Origin: Centroscyllium fabricii
Taxonomy: Eukaryota
NCBI GenBank assembly: GCA_051313645.2
Contig: JBNRSN020000025.1
Span: forward strand, 30,132,001-30,196,000
Length of the DNA stretch: 64,000 nucleotides
Direction of reading: 5' to 3'
In this document: positions 49,341-59,940 of the stretch, piece after piece
Numbering within the stretch: the first letter of the stretch is position 1
Layout of the letters: each line of letters starts with the position of its first letter
Made by a program: the position numbers and the translations under genes
The notes under the pieces: model-generated
The model's database searches: none
What the model was told of the DNA's origin: nothing
Seen by the model: the letters and a program-made list of their open reading frames with translations, nothing else

Positions 49341-50516
49341 TGCTGGGCCCGGGGATCATGCATAGGCATGATGGGGTGAATGGTTGCCTTCCGTGCTGTA
49401 TCACGCTGTGATTTTCATGAAAAGCAAGCTGCCCAGGTTTAGCATCATCAGCTTATTGCTGTGACAGGCTGCCTGGGTCCCTGTGTGTGTGTGTGTGTGG
49501 GTGTGTGTCATATTTTGTTCCAGATATCTGGTGTAATCTTCACTGCTTGCGTTTGCCAGTTGGTTGTTTGGATTAAGGCCAAGGTTTTTCAACATCAACC
49601 GTCACTTTGTAACGTTGGAAAGAATGACCGAGTTAAACAAATGTGTTGCTCCCTTAAGTCTCTTTAAGAGCTTTGCTGAAATATTAACAGATCTTTTTCT
49701 TTCAGAGGCTGACTGACCAGCTGTGCATTACCAGGAGTTTCTGTTTCTACTTTAGATTTTGACCATTTGTGGTTTTTCTTTTCTACAGAGGAAAATTATT
49801 CTGCCCCAACAATTCAGTTCCTTGGACTGTGGCCAATAAGATACCGCCCGAGACAAATCTCTACCCCATTGAGCGTACTCCTGCTAATATTGCTTAGCAG
49901 TCATTTCCAACCTCACGTCTTCTTTCTCTCTACTGATAGAATCATATATTTTTTTTAAATTCGTTGATGGGATGTGGGCATCGCTGGCTGGCTAGGCCGG
50001 CATTTAGTGCCCATCCCTAATTGCCCTTGAGAAGATGGTGGTGAGCCGCCTTCTTGAACTGCTGCAGTCTGAAGGAGGCCATTCGGCCCGTTGTGCCTGT
50101 GCCAGCTCTTTGAAAGAGCGATCCAATTAGTCTCACTCCCTGCTCTTTCCCCATAGCCCTGCAAATTTTTCCTTTCCAATTCCCTTTTGAAAGTTATGAT
50201 TAAATCTGTGTCCACTGCCCTTTAATGCTGTGCATTCCAGATCATAACAACTCACTGAGTAAAATAAAATAACAATTCTCCTCATCTTCCCCCCTCTGGC
50301 TTTTTTTGTCAATTATCTTAAATTTGTTCTTATCCCAATCTCTTTTCTTGTTTCCGTTTCAGTCTCTCGCTTTTTCTGTGTCCTGTGAGACTTTTATTGC
50401 CCGTCTGTCTGATGTTTCATTTATATTAAACAAACGCTTCTTACAGCCTCTGGTGCTGTGGGATATGAATCGGGCAGAATCCAAAGCTGAGAAGCAGAAA
50501 TAAAGCAACCAGTATG

Positions 50517-50875
50517 CAGGGCCGGCCTTAGCAATTGCGGGGCCCAATTTGGACCAGGGTGGAACCTGAGCAATATGATATTACACATCACTCAGGGCTG
50601 GCTAAACTCAAGTCAGTATGATACCTTAGTATCAATGTGAAAGTAAAGTGATCCAGATCTCCTTCAAGGTTGCTACAATTAGTCATGTTGTGCATGACTG
50701 CTCCATGCCTGCATTTCTAGCCCTAGACTAATTATTGATTGGTGCCTTTTTGCAGCTCAAAAGAATAAGACACAGGTGTTAGGGTTTTGAGTATGGACTT
50801 TAAAGTAATGGGTGCGGGGGCCCCACAGGGGCCCTATTGGGTCAAATAGGTTCAATTGGCCTAAGGCCGGCCCTG
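50517..50875. mobile_element. hAT MITE (Tip100-like)
   Basis: 15-bp TIR CAGGGCCGGCCTTAG and 8-bp TSD CCAGTATG/CCGGTATG (7 of 8 match). Confidence 0.85.
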
Positions 50876-52599
50876 CCGGTATGCAGCTGTTTTTGAAGTT
50901 GGGGGTCTTCCCAACCTTATTTGCCAGGCTCCTGGGCTCTTTGCAAAAGTCCAAACAGGCCAACAAGGGAAAAACTGACAACACCGGCCTACCCAGTGAG
51001 GCTGTGCTGACCAGGCTGCCATCCCTCCAACACTGTCCTGGAGACTCCAGGAATTGAAGATTATTCTGCAAGGGAACTATCGCGAGTAAACCCGGGACAA
51101 AAATCATAGGGGGGCATGTGGTTTTAAAAAAATTTCTTTGAACACTTTTATTAGTTATAATAATATAGGAGCTGGGAAAGAAAAGGTTGTTTGACAGTCA
51201 AGAATTATCTAATTGAGTCATGAAGAGTCTGTTTGCTTTCTGATTGACCATGGGAAGAGGGCTGCCATGAGGATGGGCGTGTTGGGCAACCGATGGCGGG
51301 AGCGTGGGGACGGGGCAGTGGAAGGCGAGAGGTCATGTAATTAAATCTCCAGGACTACATCCAACCAGAGTTGGAAACCCGACTGGGGAGGGACAGGTAG
51401 AGAGAGATGGGCATCGGACATAGGTGAGGTCTGGGAATTCATATAAAAATTATAGGCCCCAGATGAGTCTTTCAACCTGAGATCAGTTCGGAAAACCCAA
51501 ATCTAGCAGCAGTGAGCTCCAGCTGATTTGCACTACTCTCGGGAGCGGTGAGTCTTTGTCTCGTTGTATTGTGCTAGTACTCTGCAATGACAATAAAACT
51601 TGAATTGAATTGAATTGAAATCAAATCCAAACCTGCCAACTGTTAGTTACCTTGCAGTGTCAAAGTTCATGACACCTGGGGGGTCTTGATTTTTTGGGCA
51701 TGATTCCAAAAACCACAAATAAAAATCAGTAAATGGTATTTAGTTGCCCGGGTGGTGCACTCGTTAAAAGTGTTGGTGAAAACAGTCATTCACAAAAAAA
51801 GTGTTAAGATGGCACACAAAAGAATTTCACACTAACGTGAACCAGTTCACCACAAGACACAACGAATCTCCTTAAAAATTAACGTTTGGACACTTCTCAG
51901 TAGAGGAATTGCATCTTATGCTGAAACATACAGTTTACCAGCTGGAATCCTATGCGATCTTAACTTCTGCCCGTTTCTGGTTTGGTTTGTTGCTTGTTCA
52001 AAAAAAAGGGTTTAAAGGAAACAAAACTCTCAGAATTCCAGTGCCATCCAAGTCGAAACACTGGAGGGGGCTTTTCTAAAAAGGAGAGTGGGCACCTGCC
52101 AGCGATGCCAACCTAGGGGCACTATGAAGCGGTGTTTCAGTTCTACGTTTATTAATACGTCACCTTCTGTGTAATATTCCTTCATACTTGGTGTTCAGAA
52201 CGCTCTCGTTGCCCCACTCACACTTTAATCAAAGGCTCATTAGGGTAGATTTTGCCAGGCCTGGTTGGATCAGGCCCCCACATGCAGCCACCGCAGGGTA
52301 TCGCGTGCGCGCTGTCTGGGGTTTGCCGATATTTGCCAGCGGCGTGTGAAGTCTCGCCCACTGGCCGGGAGGCCTCGCAGAATGGACCCCATTGAATCGT
52401 CTAATTCTTGTGGTGGGGGGGGGGGGGGGGGGTGGTTTCCACAGAATGCCCCGATATTCTTTATTGTTCACATTTTAATCTCAATAGAACATCTGTTGTG
52501 GGGAAACACACGGAGCTGAGCTACATGCCCGTCTGGTACTGTGCAGCTCACTCGCGGCTCACCGTCAATTCCCCTGCTGATCTGCTACACCTCAAATGT

Positions 52600-53026
52600 A
52601 AAAAGCAGCATTTCTAAAGCGCCTTTAATGGCCTCGGGACGTCCCAAAGCGCTTTACAGCCGATCTAGTACTTTTGACGTGCAGAAACTGTTGTAATGTG
52701 GCAGCCAATTTGCACACAGCAAGCTCCCACAAACAACAATGTTATGGTCTGTTTTAATGATGTTGGTTGAGCGATAAATATTGGCCAGGATACCAGGAAG
52801 ATCCCCTCTGCTCTTCTTTGAATAGTGCCACGGGATCTACCTGAGGAGACAGATGGGCCTCAGTTTAATGTTTATCTGAAAAGCAGCGCCTCACAGTGCA
52901 GCACTTCCTCAGTACTGCACTGGGAGTGTCAATCTGGATCTTGTGCACAAGTACCTGGAGCGGGACTTGAACCCACGACCTTCTGATTCTAAGGCGAGAG
53001 AGTGCTACCCACTGAGCCACGGCTGA
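52600..53026 (-). mobile_element. Deu-domain SINE (SacSINE1/AmnSINE1-like) with L2-type tail; fragments at 9150-9375 and 18930-19035
   Basis: tRNA head (gtggctcagtgggtagcactct...gggttcaagtccc), central ggccaatatttatc...caaccaacatca...tgtgggagcttgctgtgtgcaaattggctgcc, and a tail resembling the L2 3' end. Confidence 0.8.
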
Positions 53027-54344
53027 TGGCAGGCTTAAGGTAACAATTAATTTGTCATGAAGTGTGTGCTCTTCAAATTACACAGTGTAACTATTAGTAC
53101 AGGGATGAGTATGCAGTTTGTTTGTCCACTATTTCAATGAAGGAGGCAACACGTTCAAAATTAATGGCTTTGTTAAAATACTGGACAAAGGAATTTAATC
53201 CAAATGTGCTGATGAACTAATATCACACAGCGTAATTTCAAGGCTCCTGTCTCAGAGCCCATTCCTCTGTGTGTGTGTGTGTATAAGCTTCACATCCAGC
53301 ACACCAGAGCAGCCAATATTCAAGGGGAGCACTGACTACACTTTGATCCAGCAACATGGTTTGGGTAGAATGAATGAAACAATTGGGGGTGCCTGGCCTG
53401 TACAAATGAGTGTATGTGCCTCTGGTCTGATATGTGCAGAATACCTGTGCCAGTTTGACATGGTGTGGGACTATGTGTGCAGCCGGGTGAGAATATCCTA
53501 TTTTGTGAGGAAAGATGTTCCCTGCGTTCACCTGCCTGAGGGCAGCCGGGCAGGACATATCCATGGGTTTACCTCTATTCCTGTGGGAAGTACCGGGCCT
53601 TCGATCTGTGTTGCCAAACAGGGCACAACTGAGATCAGGAACTCGCCAAAACACACGCCCTAATACCTCGCTCCCTGCCCTCCCACCAACCCCCCCCCCC
53701 CGCCCAAAGGCACTGATTCATGTTGGGATATGGTTTCATGTGGCACCTTAGCCAAATGGCCACTTTTCATATGGCAGCCGAGACAACAAGTGTCGCCATG
53801 CTCATTGACTGTGGTGGGCATCACACCCTGGCCCGATCCTGCCCTCATCCGGCCATCCAAACGTGCACACTTTTCTGTAGGGGTCAGTGGGTTGTAAACA
53901 GGAGCAGGAACCCTGGCTGACTGCCCGTTCCCTAGCCCGGGGCACAGAGCCCACTGTAGTGACATCGACCGCCAGCCCAGCTGGCACCAGCTCACTCAGC
54001 AGAAACTGGACAATCGGACCTCAGACCTTTTCGTCTGTACGGACTCAGTATCACAACAGGACAGTGACTTTACCTGCTGAAGAACCTGGGTGAGCTGTAG
54101 CAAAACAGCAGAGATCTACATGAGGAGTTAAAGGGCGAAGCAATAAATTATCATAACAATGAGATTTTCTTTCAAGAAGGTTCCAGCTCTTCCCCTCTAT
54201 TATTCCCTAATATCAATGGGTTGATCTTAAAATTATACTTATATTATTCTGGGTGGAAATAAAACCCAGGAAGCAAAATAAATTGAAATGGAAAGAAACT
54301 TTTTTAGAAAGTTGGCAGACTTTGAATGGCCTTTGACACCTCAC

Positions 54345-54419
54345 CTGTGACGGCAACGGCGCAAAAATCGCATAATCTTCCGTGCGGCTTGATCCTGTTT
54401 CTTGGTCAGCAGACTGCTC
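54345..54419 (-). CDS. CAMTA1: CAMTA1 75-nt exon (SSLLTKKQDQAARKIMRFLRRCRH)
   Basis: cttgtttcag|G AGC AGT CTG CTG ACC AAG AAA CAG GAT CAA GCC GCA CGG AAG ATT ATG CGA TTT TTG CGC CGT TGC CGT CAC AG|gtgagg. The phase matches the preceding exon. Confidence 0.96.
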
Positions 54420-54539
54420 CTGAAACAAGACCGAGGGAAACAAAATACAGCTCACTTCAGTCCTAAAAGTGCAGCACATCAGCGCGCAGTGAGGCGTTTG
54501 TGTTCGGGTGACTTTACATTAGAGCACTGCCAATGACAG

Positions 54540-55370
54540 ACATGGGGTTCACCTGCTGACTTGCAAATGTGGGGTTCACCCGCTGACTGGCAAATCTGGG
54601 GTTCACCCGCTGACTGGCAAATGTGGGGTTCACCCGCTGACTGGCAAACGTGGGGTTCACCCGCTGACTGGCAAACGTGGGGTTCACCCGCTGACTGGCA
54701 AATGTGGGGTTCACCCGCTGACTGGCAAATGTGGGGTTCACCCATTGACGCAAATGTGGGGTTCATCCGCTGACTGGAAAAAATGGGGTTCGCCCATTGA
54801 TGCAAACGTGCAGTTCACCCATTGACGCAAACATGGGGTTCACCCATTGACACAAATATGGGGTTCACCCATTGACGCAAACATGGGATTCATCCATTGA
54901 CGCAAATGTGGGGTTCACCCATTGACGCAAACGTGGGGTTCACCCATTGATGCAAACGTGGGGTTCACCCACTGACGCAAACGTGAGGTTCACCCATTGA
55001 CGCAAACATGGGGTTCACCCATTCAAACGTGGGGCTCACCCATTGATGCAAACGTGGGGTTCACCCATTGACACAAACGTGGGGTTCACCCACTGACGCA
55101 AACGTGAGGTTCACCCTTTGACGCAAACATGGGGTTCACCCACTGATGCAAACATGGGGTTCACCCATTGACGCAAACATGGGGTTCACCCATTGGCGCA
55201 AACGTGGGGTTCACCCATTGACGCAAATGTGGGGTTCACCCATTGATGCAAACGTGGGGTTCACCCATTGACGCAAACGTGGGGTTCACCCATTGACGCA
55301 AACGTGGGGTTCATCCGCTGACTGGTAAGCGTGGGGTTCACCCATTGACGCAAACATGGGGTTCACCTGT
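54540..55370. repeat. Minisatellite with 27-bp then 25-bp units
   Basis: gtggggttcacccgctgactggcaaat grading into gtggggttcacccattgacgcaaac. Confidence 0.95.
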
Positions 55371-55531
55371 CAATGGTTGCACTGAGATAACAGCCCGAGC
55401 TCCAAGGAGCACCGTGGTCACGAGACTCCATTTGTTTGCCACATCCCAGGGTCCCCTTAGAAAACATAAAAATGCTTTTTATCTATAATAACTCCAAAAC
55501 ACAAACAGCAGTAAAGGGAGTTTCACTGCAT

Positions 55532-56080
55532 CAGAGTAACACACCCTCCGACTGGGAGTAACACACCCTTGATTAGGAGTAACACACCCTCGATTGGGAG
55601 TAACAAACTCTCCAACTGGGAGTAACACACCCTCGATTAGGAGTAACACACCCTCGATTGGGAGTTTCAAACCTTCCAACTGGGAGTAACATACCCTCGA
55701 TTGGGAGTAACACACCCTCGATTGGGAGTTTCAAACTTTCCAACTGGGAGTAACACACCCTCGATTGGGAGTAACACACCCTCGATTGGGAGTTTCAAAC
55801 CTTCCAACTGGAAGTAATACACCCTCGATTGGGAGTAACACACCCTCGATTGGGAGTTTCAAACCTTCTAACTGGGAGTAACACACCCTCGATTGGGAGT
55901 TTCAAACCTTCCAACTGGGAGTAACATACCCTTGATTGGGAGTAACACACCCTCCAACTGGGAGTAACACACCCTCGAAAAGGAGTAACAAACCCTCCAA
56001 CTGGGAGTAACACACCCTCGTTTAGGAGTAACAAACCCGCCAACTGGGAGTAACACACCCTCGTTTAGGAGTAACACACC
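55532..56080. repeat. Composite minisatellite of 21- and 22-bp units
   Basis: gggagtaacacaccctcgatt interleaved with gggagtttcaaaccttccaact. Confidence 0.95.
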
Positions 56081-56185
56081 TTGCAAGCTGAGGCCTCAGA
56101 CCAGCTCCCTGGTGAAAAGCTGAGGCCTCAGTACTAGGCCCCAAAGAAACTGAGAGAAGAATTCTGCCCACACGTGATGTCCTAC

Positions 56186-56379
56186 CTGATTTTCTGTTGG
56201 ACCATGGCGGCTGTCCTTCGCTTCTGCCTCATTTTTCCGTATTCCTTGTAGCTGCGGTAATACTGCTGGATGAGGACAGCTGCCCGCCGACTCTGCTGGA
56301 ACTTCTTCTGCTCGTAATAACTGCGGAACTTGCTCTGGATCAGGATGGCGGCCAGCGTCATCTTTTTGTAAAGTGCATA
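56186..56379 (-). CDS. CAMTA1: CAMTA1 exon encoding IQ calmodulin-binding motifs
   Basis: ttctcttccag|TAT GCA...AAA ATC AG|gtagga; 194 nt. Encodes YALYKKMTLAAILIQSKFRSYYEQKKFQQSRRAAVLIQQYYRSYKEYGKMRQKRRTAAMVQQKI(R), with two IQxxxR motifs matching the CAMTA1 C-terminal region. Confidence 0.96.
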
Positions 56380-57036
56380 CTGGAAGAGAAACAAAGGACA
56401 AGATCCTCGTCAGAAAGGGAGATAGGGGCTGGGGTGTGGCAGGGGGTGTGAGGGGGGGAACCTTGGAGAGAAAGAGGTGGGGTAGGGCCCCCCGATTAAA
56501 ATGCCCGGCGCTGCCTCAACCGACCCCACCACTACAACCTTAGCATTCCAGGACCCTCAACTCAAATAAATAACTGGCTGCTGACAAGGCCATGCCAAAT
56601 TAGTGAGAACATAAGAATTAGGAGTAGGCCATACGGCTCCTCGAGCCTACGCCACCATTCATGACCACTGGTTAGGCCTCAGCTGGGCATCGCACTTAAG
56701 GAAGGATGTCAAGGCCTTGGAGTTGCGTGCAGAAGAGATTTACTAGAATGGTACTAGAATAGGATGAGGGACTTCAGTTATGTGGAGAGACCGGAGAAGC
56801 TGGGATTGTTCTCCCAAGAGCAGAGAAGGTTCAGGAGAGATTTAAGAGGTGTTCCAAATTCTGAGGGGTTTTGATAAGAGTGTTTCCACTGGCAGGAGGG
56901 TTGGTAACCAGAGGACACAGATGTAGAATAATTAGCAAAAGAAACAGAGGAGAGATGAGGAGAATTTTTGTTTACACAGAAAGTTGTTGTGATCTGGAAT
57001 GCACTGCCTGAAAGGGTGGAGGACGCAGATTCAATA

Positions 57037-58138
57037 TAGGTTGAGCACCGGTAATCGGCACCCAGTAATCCGACACCTTCAGTGGTCCGGCATGAATTGA
57101 AACCGGCGGTCTTTAGTTTGCAGAGCAGCCGCTCGGCGGCGCCACTGTTTCCTGCGATATAAACAAACATTGTATTGTGTTTAATCTGTATGCTTTATCT
57201 ACTTCTTTCCAGTTTTCCAGTTATTTTTTTTTTCTTTTATCCATTGATGGGATGTGGGCGTCGCTGGCTGGCTAGACCTGCATTTAGTGCCCATCCCTAA
57301 TTGCCCTTGAGAAGATGGTGGTGAGCCACCTTCTTGAACCGCTGCAGTCCATATGGTGTAGGTACACCCACAATGTTGTTAGGAAGGGAGTTCCAGGATT
57401 TCGGCCCAGCGACAGTGAAGGAGCGGCGATACAGGTCCAAGTCAGGATGGTGTGTGGCTTGGAGGGGAACTTGTAGGTGGTGCTGTTCCCATGCGTCTGC
57501 TGCCCTTGTCCTTCTAAGTGGTAGAGGTCGCGGGTTTGGAAGGTGCTGTTGAAGGAGCTTTGGCGAGTTGCTGCAGTGCATCTTGTAGATGGTACACACT
57601 GCAGCCACAGTGCACCGGTGGTGGAGGGAGTGAATGTTGAAGGTGGTGGATGGAGTGCCAATCAAGCGGCCTGCTTTATCCTGAATGGTGTCGAGCTTCT
57701 TGAGTGTTGTTGGAGCTGCACTCATCCAGGCAAGTGGAGAGTATTCCATCACACTCCTGACTTGTGCCTTGTAGATGGTGGAAAGGCTTTGGGGAGTCAG
57801 GAGGTGAGACACTCGCCGCAGAATTCCCAGCCTCTGGCCTGCTCTTGTAGCCACAGTATTTATATGGCTGGTCCAGTTCAGTTTCCAATCAATGGTAACC
57901 CCCAGGATGTTGATAGTGGGGGATTCAGCAATGATAATGCCATTGAATGTCAAGGGGAGATGGTTAGAGTAAACTGTGACGCAGTTTCAGTGAAGGGTGG
58001 GAGAGCGCCGAAGGCATCGGGCATTTGGGCTGTACCTAATACGTATTGTTATTTTACCTAACCTTCAGTGGTTCGGAATTTTCAATGGTCCAGCACCGGT
58101 CTGGCCCCGAGGGTGCCGGATTACTGATGCTCAACCTG
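57037..58138. mobile_element. Tc1/mariner-pogo MITE carrying a LINE insertion
   Basis: Imperfect TIRs (T/C)AGGTTGAGCA.C.GTAATC.GGCACCC flanked by TA (57035-57036, 58139-58140). Confidence 0.8.
57230..57970 (-). mobile_element. Non-LTR retrotransposon ORF2 3' fragment (RT thumb and C-terminus), CR1/L2-group, clade uncertain
   Basis: ORF 57297-57953: INILGVTIDWKLNWTSHINTVATRAGQRLGILRR...IYKAQVRSVMEYSPLAW...SWNSLP, with an A-rich tail. Confidence 0.88.
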
Positions 58139-58150
58139 TAGTAACTTTCA

Positions 58151-58364
58151 TGATGTGGAGGTATCGGTGTTGGACTGGGGTGGCCAAATGTAAGAAGTCA
58201 CACAACACCAGGTTATAGTCCAACAGTTTTATTTGAAATCACAAGCTTTCGGAGCGCAGCTCCTTCATCAGGTGTACACCTGATGAATGAGTAATGCTCC
58301 GAAAGCTTGTGATTTCAAATAAAACTGTTGGACTATAACCTGGTGTTGTGTGACTTCTTACATT
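58151..58364. mobile_element. Penelope-like palindromic insertion with two back-to-back hammerhead motifs (58239-58274 minus, 58277-58312 plus)
   Basis: Palindrome centred on CAGGTGT|ACACCTG (58275/58276). 14-bp TSD TGTAGTAACTTTCA at 58137-58150 and 58365-58378. Confidence 0.85.
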
Positions 58365-59919
58365 TGTAGTAACTTTCAAAAGGGAATTGGATAAATACTT
58401 GAAAAGTGAACATTTGCTGGGCTCTGGGGAAAGAGCAGGGAGTGAGACTAATTGGATCGCTCTTTCAAAGAGTCGGCACAGGCACGATGGGGCGAATGGC
58501 CTCCTTCTACGCTGTATCATTGTATGATGGTGTGAGGGCAGGCACGTCATCGGGGCTTTCTTCTCACTCCGTACCACACCCGTTTACAAAGCAACATATC
58601 CCCTTAAAGTGAGAATGAAACACACATTGCCCATGGTGTCTGATGGCTTCAGTGAAGGGAATCCACACAGCAGATGGCTGGACTGACAGTGCTAACACAC
58701 ACACGGTGCCGCAGTGTGGCGAGACCCAGCTCTGCTTCCACACTCCCACCTGCTTCAGAGCTTTGGACCTCTGCTACCATTGCGGAAGAGTTGACAAGAG
58801 AGTTCTCCTGTTGTTGGGGAATGGGAAGGAAATTCAGACATACAGGCATCACTGCCCAACCTCAACCAATGTCAAAGGGGCCTCCCAGCCCCGTGACCTC
58901 TACTGTCAAGAAGGAAAAGAGAAGCAATGTCATGGGAACGCCATCATCTCCTGACTTGGACATACTTTGACGTTCCTTCAGCATCACCAGGTCACTATCC
59001 TGGAATTGTCTACCCAACGCCATCGTGGGAGCACCATCACAAGGACTGCAGCGGTTCGAGAAGAAGGCCCTCTACCACCTTCTCAGGGTAACGGGAGATG
59101 TGCAATAAATGCCAGCATTGCCGGCCACACCCACATGCCGAGAACATATTCATTTTAAAGCGGCAAGTTCACAGCAGCTATCGACAGTGCCCTGCAAGTG
59201 AGACTCCACCTCGCCCAGGCGCCCTCTCTCATTGTCAACAGGACATGTTTGGTAGCACAGGGCAAAAGGGAGGACAGGAAAGACAGTTTCTGCTCAGCTT
59301 ATCTATTCCGTGGCAGCGCAACTATTATGCCGATAGGGTGAGATGAGGTCGGGTGGGAGGAGGCTTGTGTGGAACATAAACACCAGTATGGTGCAGTGGG
59401 GCCGAATGGCCTGTTTCTGTGCTGTAAATTCTATGTAATTCTGTGCATGTAATTCTATAACTTTGAACGCAGCTATTAAATCTCCACTCAAATGGCTCTG
59501 CTGTGAGGAGAACAACCCCAGCTTCTCCAGTCTCTTCACATAACTGAAGTCCCACATCCCTGGTACCATTCTGGCGAATTCTCCTCTGCATCTTCCATAG
59601 AAAACTGAGAGGGCTGCACACAAAATAAAATCACTTAATCTGATTTTAATTATAATTCAAATAGAACAGTTTGACTTGATTTGAAAGATTCTACTTGTCA
59701 TATGGAGACAACACACAGCGACCCAAAGCTCCAACGCCTTCAGAGATCTGGATAGAGTGCTCACGACTCAAAGCTCCATTAAAAAAACAGTTACACCAAA
59801 CTTGTGCCCAAATTCCACTTTCTAATACTCGGTTGCTTAATAACTCACAAATCAACAGCTAAATATCACAGCGGTGCAAAATGAATGAAATCAAAATTCC
59901 ATGTGTGCAACTGCATTAC

Positions 59920-59940
59920 CTTCAAGGCTATCCATGTAAG
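59920..59940 (-). CDS. CAMTA1: CAMTA1 21-nt microexon (LTWIALK) upstream of the IQ-motif exon
   Basis: Minus strand reads ctttgcaag|CTT ACA TGG ATA GCC TTG AAG|gtaatg. It has canonical AG/GT, is phase 0/0 and is in frame with the next exon (YALYKK). LTWIALK is the optional peptide I recall from vertebrate CAMTA1/2 isoforms. Confidence 0.9.

Larger units (their letters stand above)
56680..58530 (+). mobile_element. CR1 fragment split by nested insertions (56680-57036 and 58139-58530)
   Basis: The halves rejoin as gcagattcaata|gtaactttcaaaagggaattggataaatacttgaa, comparable to the intact copy at 931-978. Confidence 0.85.

Noticed and set aside
13699-53026. tRNA-like A/B boxes
   Set aside because: They are SINE heads followed by SINE bodies and LINE tails, not tRNA genes.
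54540-56080. CRISPR-like appearance of short regular repeats (also 23425-23940 and 63174-64000)
   Set aside because: There are no unique spacers and no cas genes, the units are contiguous and the context is a vertebrate intron.
56096-56401. ORF-track starts at 56401 and 56394
   Set aside because: The real exon is bounded by splice sites at 56379 and 56186. MFLFQ is the translated pyrimidine tract, and the 101-aa ORF is the wrong frame.
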